Notes: generated from the sequence alone by a model not told the origin. Shown: positions 21,380 through 32,859, counted from the first letter of the whole stretch. The stretch is DNA of 61,757 nucleotides, filler included, from 7 parts of 7 records of this genome joined end to end with filler, not necessarily neighbours in it; one strand, 5' to 3'. Translations and numbers: made by a program.

Positions 21380-22787
21380 CAGTTACATAAAAAAAATAGA
21401 TTGGATTATCGTTGCCATCTATTCCATGCTAGTTATTTTTGGATGGTTTAATATTTACGCGGCGAATTACAATCCTGAAAATCCGGTTTTTTTCGATCCT
21501 GGAAAAGAGTATGCCAAGCAAATTATTTGGATTGCTCTTTCTCTGATCATAATCTGGGCTTTATTCATGACCGATAGTAAGTTCTATGTTGCCTTTTCGT
21601 ATTTTCTCTACGGACTATCTGTTTTCCTTTTGTTTACCGTAATATTTATTGGTAAAGAAATCAATGGAGCTAAATCCTGGTTCGAATTAGGACCTGTTAG
21701 GTTTCAACCGGCAGAGTTAGCCAAGATTGCTACAGCCTTAACACTAGCCAGACTTATGAGCCGATACGATTTTTCGTTTAAAAAATATAGTCATATTGCC
21801 AGAATAATTGGGGTTTGGGCTTTGCCTGTCCTCTGTATCCTTCTTCAAAATGATACCGGTTCAGCTTTGGTGTTTTTCGTTTTTATTCTTCCCTTCTACA
21901 GAGAAGGTTTATCCGGTAACATTTTAGTTTTTGGTTTAATTGTAGCCATTGTGTCTGTCTTGACATTAGTTTATCCAACCATCGTTATCTTTGGTATAAT
22001 TGCAGCAGGTACATCCATTTATCTGGTACTAAACATTGAGAAAAAAATAGTTGCTTACAGTATCTTACTAGGAGCTTTAACGCTAGTTATCGCTTACCTG
22101 GCATTTAAGGTCATAAAAATCCCATCAAGATGGGACTTATTTGCACTGGCAGGAATGGCTACCATGAGTGTTTTTCTTATAATAAAAGGAATTGCAAAAA
22201 AAATTAAACCTATAACTCTCGCATTAATTTTTATGTGGGGAGCTATTACCTTTGCCTTTACATCCGATTATTTTGTGAATAATGTGCTAAACGACTATCA
22301 ACGAAATAGAGTGAATGTACTATTAGGATTTAAAGATGATCCTCTAGGTGCTGGATATCATATTAATCAATCTAAAATAGCCATTGGCTCAGGAGGGTTC
22401 TCCGGGAAAGGTTATTTACAAGGAACGCAAACTAAGTTTGATTTTGTTCCAGAGCAAAGCACCGATTTTATTTTTTGCACCGTTGGTGAAGAGTGGGGGT
22501 ACATAGGCACTTTTTTCGTTATTTCACTATTCATTACCTTAATACTTAGGGTACTTTTCCTTGCTGAAAAACAACACTCTGTGTTTAGTCGTATTTATGG
22601 ATATAGTGTTGCCTGTATTTTCTTTTATCACTTTACTATTAACATCGGAATGACGATTGGTTTTGCTCCGGTAATTGGAATCCCTCTTCCTTTCTTTAGT
22701 TACGGAGGTTCTTCTCTTTGGGGGTTTACAACCTTACTTTTTATATTTATAAAATTAGATACAAACAGAAGTGAATTAATTAGGTAA
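21369..22787 (+). CDS. rodA: SEDS peptidoglycan polymerase RodA
   Basis: FQPAELAK, AIGSGG, PEQSTDFIF, GIPLPFFSYGGSS. Confidence 0.95.
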   Translation: MVNNSYIKKIDWIIVAIYSMLVIFGWFNIYAANYNPENPVFFDPGKEYAKQIIWIALSLIIIWALFMTDSKFYVAFSYFLYGLSVFLLFTVIFIGKEINGAKSWFELGPVRFQPAELAKIATALTLARLMSRYDFSFKKYSHIARIIGVWALPVLCILLQNDTGSALVFFVFILPFYREGLSGNILVFGLIVAIVSVLTLVYPTIVIFGIIAAGTSIYLVLNIEKKIVAYSILLGALTLVIAYLAFKVIKIPSRWDLFALAGMATMSVFLIIKGIAKKIKPITLALIFMWGAITFAFTSDYFVNNVLNDYQRNRVNVLLGFKDDPLGAGYHINQSKIAIGSGGFSGKGYLQGTQTKFDFVPEQSTDFIFCTVGEEWGYIGTFFVISLFITLILRVLFLAEKQHSVFSRIYGYSVACIFFYHFTINIGMTIGFAPVIGIPLPFFSYGGSSLWGFTTLLFIFIKLDTNRSELIR

Positions 22788-23079
22788 TTTCTTACATATT
22801 TTCGCTATTTTTGCCATCGTTTTGCACATTTTACCCATAACAAACTAAAACACTGAACGTTACATTTTTATTAATTAAAAGTTAATTAGTTGTAGTTCTG
22901 GCTAAAAATGACTATTTTTAATAGAATCTGTCTATTTAAGATGTAGGGGCATCAAATCTTATAAAAACTTTAGCCCTCTTTCTATTTGAAAGAGATGGGA
23001 CAGATTGCCTTCATTATTTATGGGTAATGTGCTGTTGTTGTGTTGAGAGATTAGAAACTTTTTAAACAAATGTTGGACG

Positions 23080-24387
23080 ATGAGGTATAGAACTTACGCA
23101 TTGCATAATTTTAAAACGATTCCACAAATATCAAATTTATCGGAAGAAGATTTATTAAATATTGAAGTAGTTGGAAATGTACTCCCTTTTAAAACCAATA
23201 ATTATGTGGTAGATGAATTAATAGATTGGGAAAATTATAAAGATGATCCGATGTTTATCCTTAATTTTCCACAAAAAGGGATGTTGCCAGAAGATGACTT
23301 TAATCGCATGGCAGACCTCATTCTTTCAGGAGCGGATAAAAATACGATAAAAAAAGAAGCCAATGCAATTAGGGAAAAACTAAACCCTCACCCGGCAGGA
23401 CAGCTCGAATACAATGTTCCGGAGTTAAATGGAGAAAAGCTAAATGGAGTACAACACAAGTACAGAGAAACCATGCTGTTCTTTCCAACTCAAGGTCAAA
23501 CCTGTCACGCCTATTGTACTTTCTGTTTCAGATGGCCACAGTTTACCAACATGGATGGAGATATTAAATTCTCTATGAAAGAAGCAGATTTAATTGTAGA
23601 TTATATTAAAGCTCATCCTGAGATAACAGATTTACTTATTACCGGCGGTGATCCAATGGTAATGAAAGCAAAAACTTTAGATACTTATATCTCAAGAATA
23701 CTTGATGCAAAAATTGAGCACCTAAAAACGATCCGGATCGGCTCTAAATCCCTTAGCTTTTGGCCTTATCGCTTCCTTACCGAAGACGATGCAGACGAGA
23801 TGCTTTCCATTTTTGAACGTATTACCAGTTCAGGATTATCTCTCTCATTTATGGCCCATTTTAACCATCCTCAAGAATTAAGTACAGAAGCGGTTAAAAA
23901 AGCCATTCAGAAGATAAGAAAAACAGGAGCAATTATAAGAACACAATCTCCCGTTTTAAACCATATTAATGCACATGGTTCTATTTGGGCAGAAATGTGG
24001 CGTAAACAAGTGCAATTAGGCATGGTTCCTTATTATATGTTTATTGCCCGAGACACCGGAGCACAAGAGTATTTTGGTATTCCAGTAGTAAAAGCCTGGC
24101 AAATCTTCCAAAAAGCCTACACTCAAGTTAGTGGCATTGCGAGAACGGTAAGAGGACCAAGTATGTCATGTACGCCCGGAAAAATTAGAATTGTTGGTGT
24201 AACTGAATTAAAGGGTGAAAAAATAATTGTGATGGAGTTTATTCAAGGTAGAAACAGCGATTGGGTTGCCCGACCATTTTTTGCCAAATACGACTGTCAG
24301 GCACAATGGATTGATGATTTAAAACCTGCCTTTGGCGGTGATGATTTCTTCTATGAAGAAGAACTAGCCGAAAAACTTTTAAAATAA
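23080..24387 (+). CDS. KamA-family radical SAM protein (lysine 2,3-aminomutase-like)
   Basis: CxxxCxxC (TCHAYCTFCFR), HKY, LITGGDPM, HFNHP, PYYMF. Confidence 0.85.
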   Translation: MRYRTYALHNFKTIPQISNLSEEDLLNIEVVGNVLPFKTNNYVVDELIDWENYKDDPMFILNFPQKGMLPEDDFNRMADLILSGADKNTIKKEANAIREKLNPHPAGQLEYNVPELNGEKLNGVQHKYRETMLFFPTQGQTCHAYCTFCFRWPQFTNMDGDIKFSMKEADLIVDYIKAHPEITDLLITGGDPMVMKAKTLDTYISRILDAKIEHLKTIRIGSKSLSFWPYRFLTEDDADEMLSIFERITSSGLSLSFMAHFNHPQELSTEAVKKAIQKIRKTGAIIRTQSPVLNHINAHGSIWAEMWRKQVQLGMVPYYMFIARDTGAQEYFGIPVVKAWQIFQKAYTQVSGIARTVRGPSMSCTPGKIRIVGVTELKGEKIIVMEFIQGRNSDWVARPFFAKYDCQAQWIDDLKPAFGGDDFFYEEELAEKLLK

Positions 24388-24519
24388 ATCTTTAGTCGCA
24401 AAATAAGATACTCTTATTCATTTTTACTTCATAACCTGAATTTTGAAAATTTAATCGAATTCAGGTTAATATCTTATCTTTGCTCACTCAAAAAACAAGG
24501 ATTTAATCTTTAAGTAAAA

Positions 24520-25200
24520 ATGAATAGTTACATTCCAAGATCATCAAAAATATTTATCATTTGCATGGCTGTTTTCGCCATTGTAGGAGCAATATTACTT
24601 GCCACTTTTTCAAAAGGTGATATTTTACTCGCCATAAACAGCATAGCTAATGATTCCTGGGATACTTTTTTTAAACTATATACAGATTTAGGGCTAGGTG
24701 GAACTCTTGGAATTTTAGCAGTAGTATATTTATTTAAAAGATATTATTACTCCATATTATTTGCAGCATCCTTAATTAGTGCAGGTATATTTACCTACCT
24801 TTTAAAACAAGTGATTTTTAATGGCATGCCACGCCCTGCCAGATACCTTGGAACAGATACTTTTTACCATATTATTGAAGGATTCAAATACCACCATTCA
24901 GGATCTTTTCCTTCAGGCCATACCATGACAGCTTTTGCAGGTGCATTTATCATGACGATCATCTTAAAAAACAGATATTGGGGTAGTATCTTCTTTACGC
25001 TAGCTTTATTAGTTGGTATTTCCAGAGTGTATTTATGTCAACACTTTTTTATGGACATATATGCCGGAGCGTTAATTGGAACCAGCTACACCTTTCTCCT
25101 ACATTATTTACTAGGCTACAGACTAAATCTTGCATACAAATCGAAATTTAACGGCAGTCTAATTTCATGGTATAAATCCAGAAAACAAAAGTCAAAATAA
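24520..25200 (+). CDS. PAP2-family membrane phosphatase
   Basis: K..FNGMPRP, SFPSGHT, SRVYLCQHF..D motifs. Confidence 0.9.
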   Translation: MNSYIPRSSKIFIICMAVFAIVGAILLATFSKGDILLAINSIANDSWDTFFKLYTDLGLGGTLGILAVVYLFKRYYYSILFAASLISAGIFTYLLKQVIFNGMPRPARYLGTDTFYHIIEGFKYHHSGSFPSGHTMTAFAGAFIMTIILKNRYWGSIFFTLALLVGISRVYLCQHFFMDIYAGALIGTSYTFLLHYLLGYRLNLAYKSKFNGSLISWYKSRKQKSK

Positions 25201-25266
25201 GGCACTCTTTATTAAACCAAATTAAGTATTACTTTTACAAGCATTGAAAACAAAATAAATTTAGCC

Positions 25267-26214
25267 TTGTCGTTTTTAAAAAAACATTCCAAATCCATAA
25301 AGCTTATTTTAAAAATAGTTTTATCCGCAGGTGCCTTATATTATGTTGGTAGAAAAATAGATCTACAACAAACACTAAATGCGATAACAGGTATTAATCC
25401 ATTTTTATTGGCCATATCTGTTTTAATATATGCTATATCACAAGTCACTTCAGCCTTCAGGCTCAATGCATTTTACAAATATGTGCCAGTACAAATTAGT
25501 TCCATTACCAACATTAAACTGTATTGGTTAGGTATGTTTTATAACTTATTTTTACCTGGAGGTGTAGGTGGAGATGGCTATAAAGTATTCTTAATTCACA
25601 AGTATCATAATACTTCCGTAAAAAGATTGATTGGGACTGTATTTGCGGACAGACTGAGTGGATTGGCTGTAATTTTGGTTTACTTATGTGGATTGGTTTA
25701 TTTTATTGATTATGATTTAACCAAAGCTCAAACACCTGAAAATGGCTTAAAAATCATTCACGATACACTAACCTGGATAAACCCTTACCTAAACTACTTC
25801 GTGATTTTCATACCATTTATTGCAGTAGGTTACTACATCTATTTAAAACTATTCAGCTCCCATTTAGCTAAAGCCACCTGGAAAGTTTTCTTCCTATCTG
25901 TTGTAATTCAGGGATTACAGATGCTTTCTGCTATCATCATCTTAAAATCAATGGGAACAGAATTAGCAGGAAGGCAAGATGATTACTTGTTTTTATTCCT
26001 ATTATCCAGTATTATGTCGGCCATCCCTATTTCTTTAGGAGGACTTGGCCTTAGAGAAGTTACCTTTATGTTTGGCTCACAATACCTGGGTTTAAATCAG
26101 GATCATGCCGTTGCATTAAGCTTATTGTTCTATACGATATCTTTGTTTGTTTCAATTTTTGGAGGTTATTACGCCTATAAACCAAAATCTATATTTGAAT
26201 CTGAACATCAATAG
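25267..26214 (+). CDS. Lysylphosphatidylglycerol-synthase TM domain / flippase-like (UPF0104) protein
   Basis: FYNLFLPGGVGGD, DRLSG, PISLGGLGLRE; TTG start. Confidence 0.85.
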   Translation: MSFLKKHSKSIKLILKIVLSAGALYYVGRKIDLQQTLNAITGINPFLLAISVLIYAISQVTSAFRLNAFYKYVPVQISSITNIKLYWLGMFYNLFLPGGVGGDGYKVFLIHKYHNTSVKRLIGTVFADRLSGLAVILVYLCGLVYFIDYDLTKAQTPENGLKIIHDTLTWINPYLNYFVIFIPFIAVGYYIYLKLFSSHLAKATWKVFFLSVVIQGLQMLSAIIILKSMGTELAGRQDDYLFLFLLSSIMSAIPISLGGLGLREVTFMFGSQYLGLNQDHAVALSLLFYTISLFVSIFGGYYAYKPKSIFESEHQ

Positions 26215-26248
26215 CTAAGCTATAAATTGATATTAAAACACTTTAAGA

Positions 26249-27661
26249 TTACAGATTTACCTGCTCCATTTTGGGAAAGATTTCCTGAATAATTTTCTGT
26301 TTTACCTTTTCCCTAACATTTTTAAGCGCATACTCATAACTACCTGGTTGCATACCGCGTACACCATTGAAACCATCCGCAAAAATTTCCATCCTGGAAG
26401 AATTATCGACAATAGAAATATGAAAATCGGCAAAAACAATAAAAACGGAATAGCCTTTTCCTTTACGCTCATCTCCGGCAATAAATTCGCTATCAATTTT
26501 TACTATAAAATCAGCTTCATCTTTATTTTCTGTGATATTAAAATAACTTTGAGCTAACTCGGAACGCATCATTTTACCAAAAATTCCCTGACTAGATGAT
26601 TCCCCAAATATGACTTCATTTATAACCACATAAGCACTTGACTTTTGAACTTCGATATTGAATTTAGCAGTTGGCAAATACTCTTTATGAAAGAAAGCTT
26701 TTAGCAAGACCTTATCTTCTTCACTTTCTTTTTCCAGAAATAAATCAAGATCAAACAGAGCTGTAATTTCCTGACTTCTTCTTTTTGAAATTAGTCTGAT
26801 TATATCACATCTTGCACTACCATCTCGATCTGTCGTTCCTTTGGAAGTTAACTCTCCTTCTCCTTTAGTAAATAGATATTTGAGTGGTAAATTTTGAATA
26901 GCTCTTTCCTCACCTAACGCATCAATATAATAAGCCTTTAATGTTAAAGGATATTCCATTTCTTTACTAAACTGCATTGTATAAGTTGGCTGATCTGAAA
27001 CCAATTTCACTTTTCTAAATGCCGCTTGTATGGCACTAAAAATATCTGCTCCCAGGTTTAAATTCCCTTCAATATCTTTATAAGTTAAATCTTCGCTTAC
27101 ATGAGCTTTGATTGCTTTTATAGCCTGCACATAAAAGAGTAACCCTTCATAAATATTACCCTGACCAACCGCCTTTTGACCATCATAATAATAAGTACCA
27201 CTCATTTTTTTTGCGTAATCCAACTTCATCTTTTTACGCATCGCATACTTATCTTTATTAAGGCGAACCATCACCCAATACTCTTTTTTATCTTCCCAGG
27301 TAAAAACTTCATAACCCTCCAGTGTAGCATCCACCGACTCAGATGTTTGAGATTCAAACTCTTCTTTTATCAGATAATTATTTTCAAACTGGCGCAATAT
27401 TGAATTCGCAGAAATAGTCACTTTGATTTCAGAACTCAGTTCTTTTAAAGCTTTATTTCTGGCCTCTGTTCTATAAGTAACTTCTCCTCCTTCTTTTAGG
27501 CTCATTGCTCTACCGATATAATATTCCTGATCGGAAGGTCGTTGTTTTACCCAGGATGGTTTTTTCTTAGCTTGTAATGATGAAAAGGAAAAACAACTAA
27601 AAAATGCAATCAATAATACTAATTGGAAGCAGTAGTTTAATTTTGAGTTTGCGTTAAACAT
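26249..27661 (-). CDS. Secreted LPP20-like domain protein
   Basis: Signal peptide then KKPSWV...YYIG...ARNKALKELSSEIKVTI pattern. Confidence 0.6.
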   Translation of the reverse strand: MFNANSKLNYCFQLVLLIAFFSCFSFSSLQAKKKPSWVKQRPSDQEYYIGRAMSLKEGGEVTYRTEARNKALKELSSEIKVTISANSILRQFENNYLIKEEFESQTSESVDATLEGYEVFTWEDKKEYWVMVRLNKDKYAMRKKMKLDYAKKMSGTYYYDGQKAVGQGNIYEGLLFYVQAIKAIKAHVSEDLTYKDIEGNLNLGADIFSAIQAAFRKVKLVSDQPTYTMQFSKEMEYPLTLKAYYIDALGEERAIQNLPLKYLFTKGEGELTSKGTTDRDGSARCDIIRLISKRRSQEITALFDLDLFLEKESEEDKVLLKAFFHKEYLPTAKFNIEVQKSSAYVVINEVIFGESSSQGIFGKMMRSELAQSYFNITENKDEADFIVKIDSEFIAGDERKGKGYSVFIVFADFHISIVDNSSRMEIFADGFNGVRGMQPGSYEYALKNVREKVKQKIIQEIFPKMEQVNL

Positions 27662-27671
27662 AGGTTGTGAT

Positions 27672-28139
27672 TTAAATAATTTCTTTTAATTCTTCGCTAT
27701 CGAGCAGTTGATAAATTAAATCCGGTTCAAATCCTCGCGATGATGCATATCGAATCAGTGAAGCTTTCACTTTAAATTTATCATCCTGTTTGATGCTACG
27801 ACGTTTTTGTTTCAACAATTGCGCCAAAGTATCTTTATATTCCTCTTCGTCAATATTACTCAAGGCCTCATCTACCCGGCTACCATAAATTTGTTTGGCT
27901 TTCAACTGCCATTTAATTTTAATCTTACCCCACTTATTAAACCGAAACTTATCTTTCACATAGTAAGCAATAAAGCGATCCTCATCAATGAATTTCTCTT
28001 TAATTAACTGATCAATTACCTTATTTGCATCTTCAGACTTTAGCTCCCAATCCTTTAACTTTTTCTCTATATCGAAAATGCACTTTTCTTGTCGGGCACA
28101 AATACCCGATGCTTTAACCAAGGCCTCTTGAAAAGTCAT
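27672..28139 (-). CDS. recX: Regulatory protein RecX
   Basis: CARQEKC, FIDEDRF, KWGKIKI, SRGFE. Confidence 0.9.
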   Translation of the reverse strand: MTFQEALVKASGICARQEKCIFDIEKKLKDWELKSEDANKVIDQLIKEKFIDEDRFIAYYVKDKFRFNKWGKIKIKWQLKAKQIYGSRVDEALSNIDEEEYKDTLAQLLKQKRRSIKQDDKFKVKASLIRYASSRGFEPDLIYQLLDSEELKEII

Positions 28140-28140
28140 T

Positions 28141-29511
28141 TTACTTAACGTAAACGGTTTTTAAATTTACAAATTCATGAATACCGTAAACAGATAATTC
28201 CCGGCCGTATCCACTTTCTTTTATACCTCCAAAAGGCAAGCGTGGATCAGACTTCACAAAGTCATTCACAAAGCAACAACCAGCCTCCAGTTCATTCTCA
28301 GCAATATATTTACCTTTTTCAATATCCTGGGTAAAAACGGCAGCGCCCAATCCAAACGATGTATCATTAGCTATTTCAATCGCTTCTTTTTCATTTTTTA
28401 CTTTGATAAGAGATGCTACCGGTCCAAATAGTTCTTCGGTATAGGCTGGCATACCTGATTGAACATTTGACAATACCGTTGGCGGGAAATAGAATCCATC
28501 AATATCATAATCAATTTCACCACCACAAAGAAGGTTAGCTCCCATAGATACCGACTTATTTACCTGACTTAGCAGATCCTCCCTGATATGACCTCGAGCC
28601 AAGGGGCCAAGCTGGTTAAATTCGTTAAATGGATCACCCATCGTAGATGATTTCATTTCTTTTACAAACTTACCCTCAAACTCATCATAAACTTTTTCTG
28701 TAATAATAAATCGCTTAGCAGCAATACAACTCTGACCTGTATTAATCAATCTTCCTTTAACACAGGCCTTAACAGCATCATCTATATTAGCATCATCCAA
28801 AATTACATAAGGATCACTTCCGCCCAACTCAAGCAAACTCTTTTTTAAATACTTACCTGCAGTTTCTGCAACTGCAATTCCGGCTTTCGTACTTCCGGTT
28901 AAAGTTACTGCTGCAATCTTTTTATTAGCAATCATCCGCTCTACCTTTCTGCTCGAAGTAAGAACAGACCGAAATATATCCTCTGGAAAATCAGCTTCAG
29001 AGAACAGGTCTTCAATCGCTATGGCGCATCCAGGCACATTGGACGCATGCTTTAAAACAATTGTATTACCTGCTAAAATAGAGGGTATGGCACATCTAAA
29101 AACCTGCCAAAACGGAAAATTCCAAGGCATAACAGCCAAAATAACGCCTAGAGGTTGTAGGGAGATAAATGATTCTGATGCATCCGTCTGAATATGCCTT
29201 ACCTTTAAAAAGTCTACAATATTCTCGCAATAATAATTACACAACCAGATACATTTATCAATTTCGGCTCTTGATTCCACAATTGGCTTACCCATTTCCA
29301 CAGTTATGGTAAAAGCTAAACCTTCTTTTTTAATCTCTAACAAACGAGCCAGTTTCTTAACAAGATCAACTCTTTGTGAAATCGAGGTTTTTTTCCAGCT
29401 TTTATCTGCACTGTGAACATCTCGTATAACATTATTAATTTCTTCCCATTGAGATTCCGGGTATTCCCGAACAATTTCTCCACTAGCCGGATTAATAGAT
29501 CTTAACAACAT
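28141..29511 (-). CDS. NAD(P)-dependent succinate-semialdehyde dehydrogenase-like aldehyde dehydrogenase
   Basis: MPWNFP, LELGGSDP, GQSCIAAKR, EELFGPV, PFGGIKESGYGREL. Confidence 0.9.
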   Translation of the reverse strand: MLLRSINPASGEIVREYPESQWEEINNVIRDVHSADKSWKKTSISQRVDLVKKLARLLEIKKEGLAFTITVEMGKPIVESRAEIDKCIWLCNYYCENIVDFLKVRHIQTDASESFISLQPLGVILAVMPWNFPFWQVFRCAIPSILAGNTIVLKHASNVPGCAIAIEDLFSEADFPEDIFRSVLTSSRKVERMIANKKIAAVTLTGSTKAGIAVAETAGKYLKKSLLELGGSDPYVILDDANIDDAVKACVKGRLINTGQSCIAAKRFIITEKVYDEFEGKFVKEMKSSTMGDPFNEFNQLGPLARGHIREDLLSQVNKSVSMGANLLCGGEIDYDIDGFYFPPTVLSNVQSGMPAYTEELFGPVASLIKVKNEKEAIEIANDTSFGLGAAVFTQDIEKGKYIAENELEAGCCFVNDFVKSDPRLPFGGIKESGYGRELSVYGIHEFVNLKTVYVK

Positions 29512-29637
29512 AATAGCATCTGATTTATACCCGTAAATATGAAAACTCTTACTGATAATTCAATTAAAGTTAATGTGAAATTTAAGAAGTTTGTAAAATC
29601 TTACGGTTAAATATTATAAAGTTTTCTGCTTGAGCAT

Positions 29638-29667
29638 AAAAAATCCGGTTCAGCATAATGAACCGGA
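29638..29667 (-). terminator. Intrinsic terminator after metF
   Basis: TCCGGTTCA (29644-29652) / TGAACCGGA (29659-29667) with a U-tract on the minus strand. Confidence 0.7.
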
Positions 29668-29695
29668 CATATATCAATAAAATTTCCTTAACAAA

Positions 29696-30649
29696 TTAAT
29701 AAACAGCTTCTGCCACTTTTCTAACACTTTGCGTAGCCATCATAGTATAAAAGTGAATAATCGGCACACCATTCTTTTTTAGGTCTAAAGCTTGCTGAGT
29801 ACACCACTCCACTCCTACTTGTTTAACCTGATCGTTATCTTTACAATTGCGAAGCTCTTTGGCAAAATCTTCCGGAATTTCGCAACTAAATATTTTTGGT
29901 AACACGGTTAACTGGCTTGCTGCAGTCACCGGTTTTAATCCCGGAATAATTGGCACGTTAATTCCTTTAGCACGACACTTGTCAACAAAATCATAATACT
30001 TTTGATTGTCGAAGAACATTTGTGTCATTACATATTCTGCACCTGCATCTACTTTAGCTTTTAGAAAATCTAAGTCAGATTCCATATTTGGTGCTTCTTC
30101 ATGCTTTTCTGGATAACCCGCTACACCATAAGCAAATTGAGTTTCAAATGGATCATTTTGTGTTCCATCTAGAAAAACGCCTTTGTTCAGATCATTCACT
30201 TGTTGCGCTAATTCAATGGCATATTGATTACACTGCTCCGAACGAGGTGGATACTTATCCTTATGATTATCATCTCCTCTTAACACTAAAATATCATGTA
30301 TTCCCAAGAAATTTAGGTCAATAAGAGCATACTCAGTCTCGCTGCGTGTGAATCCTCTTGAAATGATATGAGGAATCACTTTGATTCCAAATTTATTTTG
30401 AATAGAAGCCGCAACAGCTACCGTTCCCGGACGCTTACGAATCACTTTTTTTTCAACAAAACCACTATCGTTTGTTTCAAATTTATACTCCTCTCTATGC
30501 GAAGTAATATTGATAAATTGAGGATTAAACTCCTTTAATGTATCAATAGTTTTAAACACCTTATCGATATTATTACCCTTTAACGGAGGTAGTAACTCAA
30601 ATGAAAACTTGGTTTCTTTATCTTTTAAAACTAACTCTGCAGCTGTCAT
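29696..30649 (-). CDS. metF: 5,10-methylenetetrahydrofolate reductase
   Basis: FSFELLPP, LVLRGD, GVAGYPEKH, TQMFFD, IHFYT. Confidence 0.95.
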   Translation of the reverse strand: MTAAELVLKDKETKFSFELLPPLKGNNIDKVFKTIDTLKEFNPQFINITSHREEYKFETNDSGFVEKKVIRKRPGTVAVAASIQNKFGIKVIPHIISRGFTRSETEYALIDLNFLGIHDILVLRGDDNHKDKYPPRSEQCNQYAIELAQQVNDLNKGVFLDGTQNDPFETQFAYGVAGYPEKHEEAPNMESDLDFLKAKVDAGAEYVMTQMFFDNQKYYDFVDKCRAKGINVPIIPGLKPVTAASQLTVLPKIFSCEIPEDFAKELRNCKDNDQVKQVGVEWCTQQALDLKKNGVPIIHFYTMMATQSVRKVAEAVY

Positions 30650-30710
30650 TATATTCTTAGTTTTTATTTCTTCTTATTTTTTCGACTACAAATAAAGTTA
30701 TAATTATTGT

Positions 30711-32199
30711 TTACTTATAACTTAAATTGATCGGAATCCATTTTTCTACCTCTTCAGTAGCAACTCCTTTTCTGTTGGCTAAATCTTCTACCTGATCTTT
30801 ACCTATTTTACCAACGCCAAAATACATGGCTTTAGGATGACCAAAATAAAGTCCACTAACAGATGCATTTGGATACATACTAAAATGCTCAGTCAAGGTA
30901 ATGCCCACATTATCTTCCACCTTCATCAGGTCAAATAGTGATCTTTTTTCACTGTGGTCAGGACATGCAGGATAACCCAAAGCAGGACGAATTCCTCTAT
31001 AACGTTCACGAATAAAGTTTTCAGTATTAAATTCCTCATCAGGCGCATAACCCCAAAACTCTCTTCTAACTCTAAAGTGTAATAATTCAGCAAAAGCCTC
31101 AGCCAATCGATCAGCCAATGCTTTTAAAAGAATCGCATTAAAATCATCGTGATCATCTTCATACATTTTCTCCCACTTTTCAATACCGATTCCTGAAGTT
31201 ACCGCAAAACCACCGATATAATCTTTTACGCCGGTAGATGCTGGTGCAATAAAATCGGACAAAGAATGGAAAGCCTCTTTTCCTGGCTTATCTTGTTGTT
31301 CACGAATCTGATGAAACCTTACTTTCTCCTCTTTGCGCGATTCATCTGTATATACTACAATATCATCTCCAATAGAATTGGCAGGAAAAATACCAAACAC
31401 CGCTTTAGGTGTTAACATTTGATCCTTTTCAATTTTATCAAGCATCGCCTGCGCATCTCTCCAAAGTTTTAGTGCTTCTTTAGCCTTAGCTTGTGCATCT
31501 TCTGACTTATACTTTTTAAGCCATTCTATTTCCTGCTCTGTAGTCTTAACCTCCTCAATGCCATCATAATTCCCAGTCAGATTCCAAGCTTGATAGAAGA
31601 ATGTCCAGTCAATAAACTTTCTAATTTCGGCAATTGAATAATCATCAAAAACCTTTAATCCAGTCATATTTGGCGTAAAGACTTCCTCTTGTGACCAATC
31701 AATCTTGAAGCTTTTTTCTCTTGCTTTATCTATTGGAGCAATAACTACCTGACGCTTATTAGAATTTCGTTCTCTGATAGCCTCATACTCTTCTTTTGTT
31801 TTTTGAACAAAAGCTTCTTTCCCGGTTTTTGACAGTAAAGCACTAACTACCTGCGCACTCTTGGATGCATCTTTCACATGCACCACAGGTTCATCATACT
31901 CTGGCTCAATTTTAACAGCCGTATGAACCTTTGAAGTTGTAGCGCCACCCACCAATAAAGGCACTTTAAAATTAGAACGCTTCATTTCTTTGGCTACATT
32001 AACCATCTCCTCTAAGGAAGGGGTAATCAATCCGCTCAAGCCAATTATATCAACCTCTTGCTCTATCGCTTCTTTAAGTATCTTTTCTGTTGGCACCATT
32101 ACCCCAAGGTCAATCACCTCGTAGTTGTTACAACCTAAAATAACACCCACGATATTTTTACCAATATCATGAACATCACCTTTTACGGTAGCCATTAAT
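30711..32199 (-). CDS. metH: B12-dependent methionine synthase, C-terminal part
   Basis: ATVKGDVHDIGKN cobalamin motif, SGLITPSL, activation domain GIRPALGYPACPDH; 5' end lost at spacer. Confidence 0.96.
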
Positions 32200-32299
32200 N
32201 NNNNNNNNNNNNNNNNNNNNNNNNNNNNNNNNNNNNNNNNNNNTTAATTAATTAANNNNNNNNNNNNNNNNNNNNNNNNNNNNNNNNNNNNNNNNNNNN
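32200..32299. other. Artificial contig spacer
   Basis: N run with TTAATTAATTAA. Confidence 0.97.
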
Positions 32300-32424
32300 T
32301 GAAGATCGTCATCTCATCGGAGAAGGAGGTGGACGGATTGATCCGTCCCCTGGATGGGGATAGTAATCCTCTTATCCGGCTGGAAGAGAATTGACCGTTT
32401 GACTGATATCATCCTGCCGGTATT

Positions 32425-32859
32425 CTACTCTATCGGCAGGATTCTCATGCCAAGGGAAGCTGCAACTTGAAGCATCTGCTTATCGTAGCTGCAGATCAAA
32501 AGTCCTGTATCACTGACCTTATTCAGAATATAGGCCGTAGCCAGATGGATACTATCCAGGGACCGTGCTCTTTTCAGCTTATCATTATTACGAATCTCAA
32601 GACTGATTTCGTTATCCACTGTTTTTCTATTGACGCAGAGAAGAAGATGATCCAGGACACCCTCTTTGGCTTTATACTCCGAATGATCCATCCTCATTCG
32701 AGCTGAGTACTTGTATAGATTGATTCGGCATTCGATTTCCAGCAACAGGGAACTGTAACAACGATCAAGGCTGCTCCATATATCAACAGATTTCTCATAG
32801 TTCATATCTTCAAAAACCAGAGACAGAAGAAAGCTCGAATCGATGTAGCCTACCCTCAA
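32425..32859 (-). CDS. vapC: PIN-domain VapC-type toxin
   Basis: YIDSSFL, E in LLEIE, RSLDSIHLATA, CSYDKQM; 4-nt overlap with the antitoxin gene. Confidence 0.85.
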   Translation of the reverse strand: MRVGYIDSSFLLSLVFEDMNYEKSVDIWSSLDRCYSSLLLEIECRINLYKYSARMRMDHSEYKAKEGVLDHLLLCVNRKTVDNEISLEIRNNDKLKRARSLDSIHLATAYILNKVSDTGLLICSYDKQMLQVAASLGMRILPIE

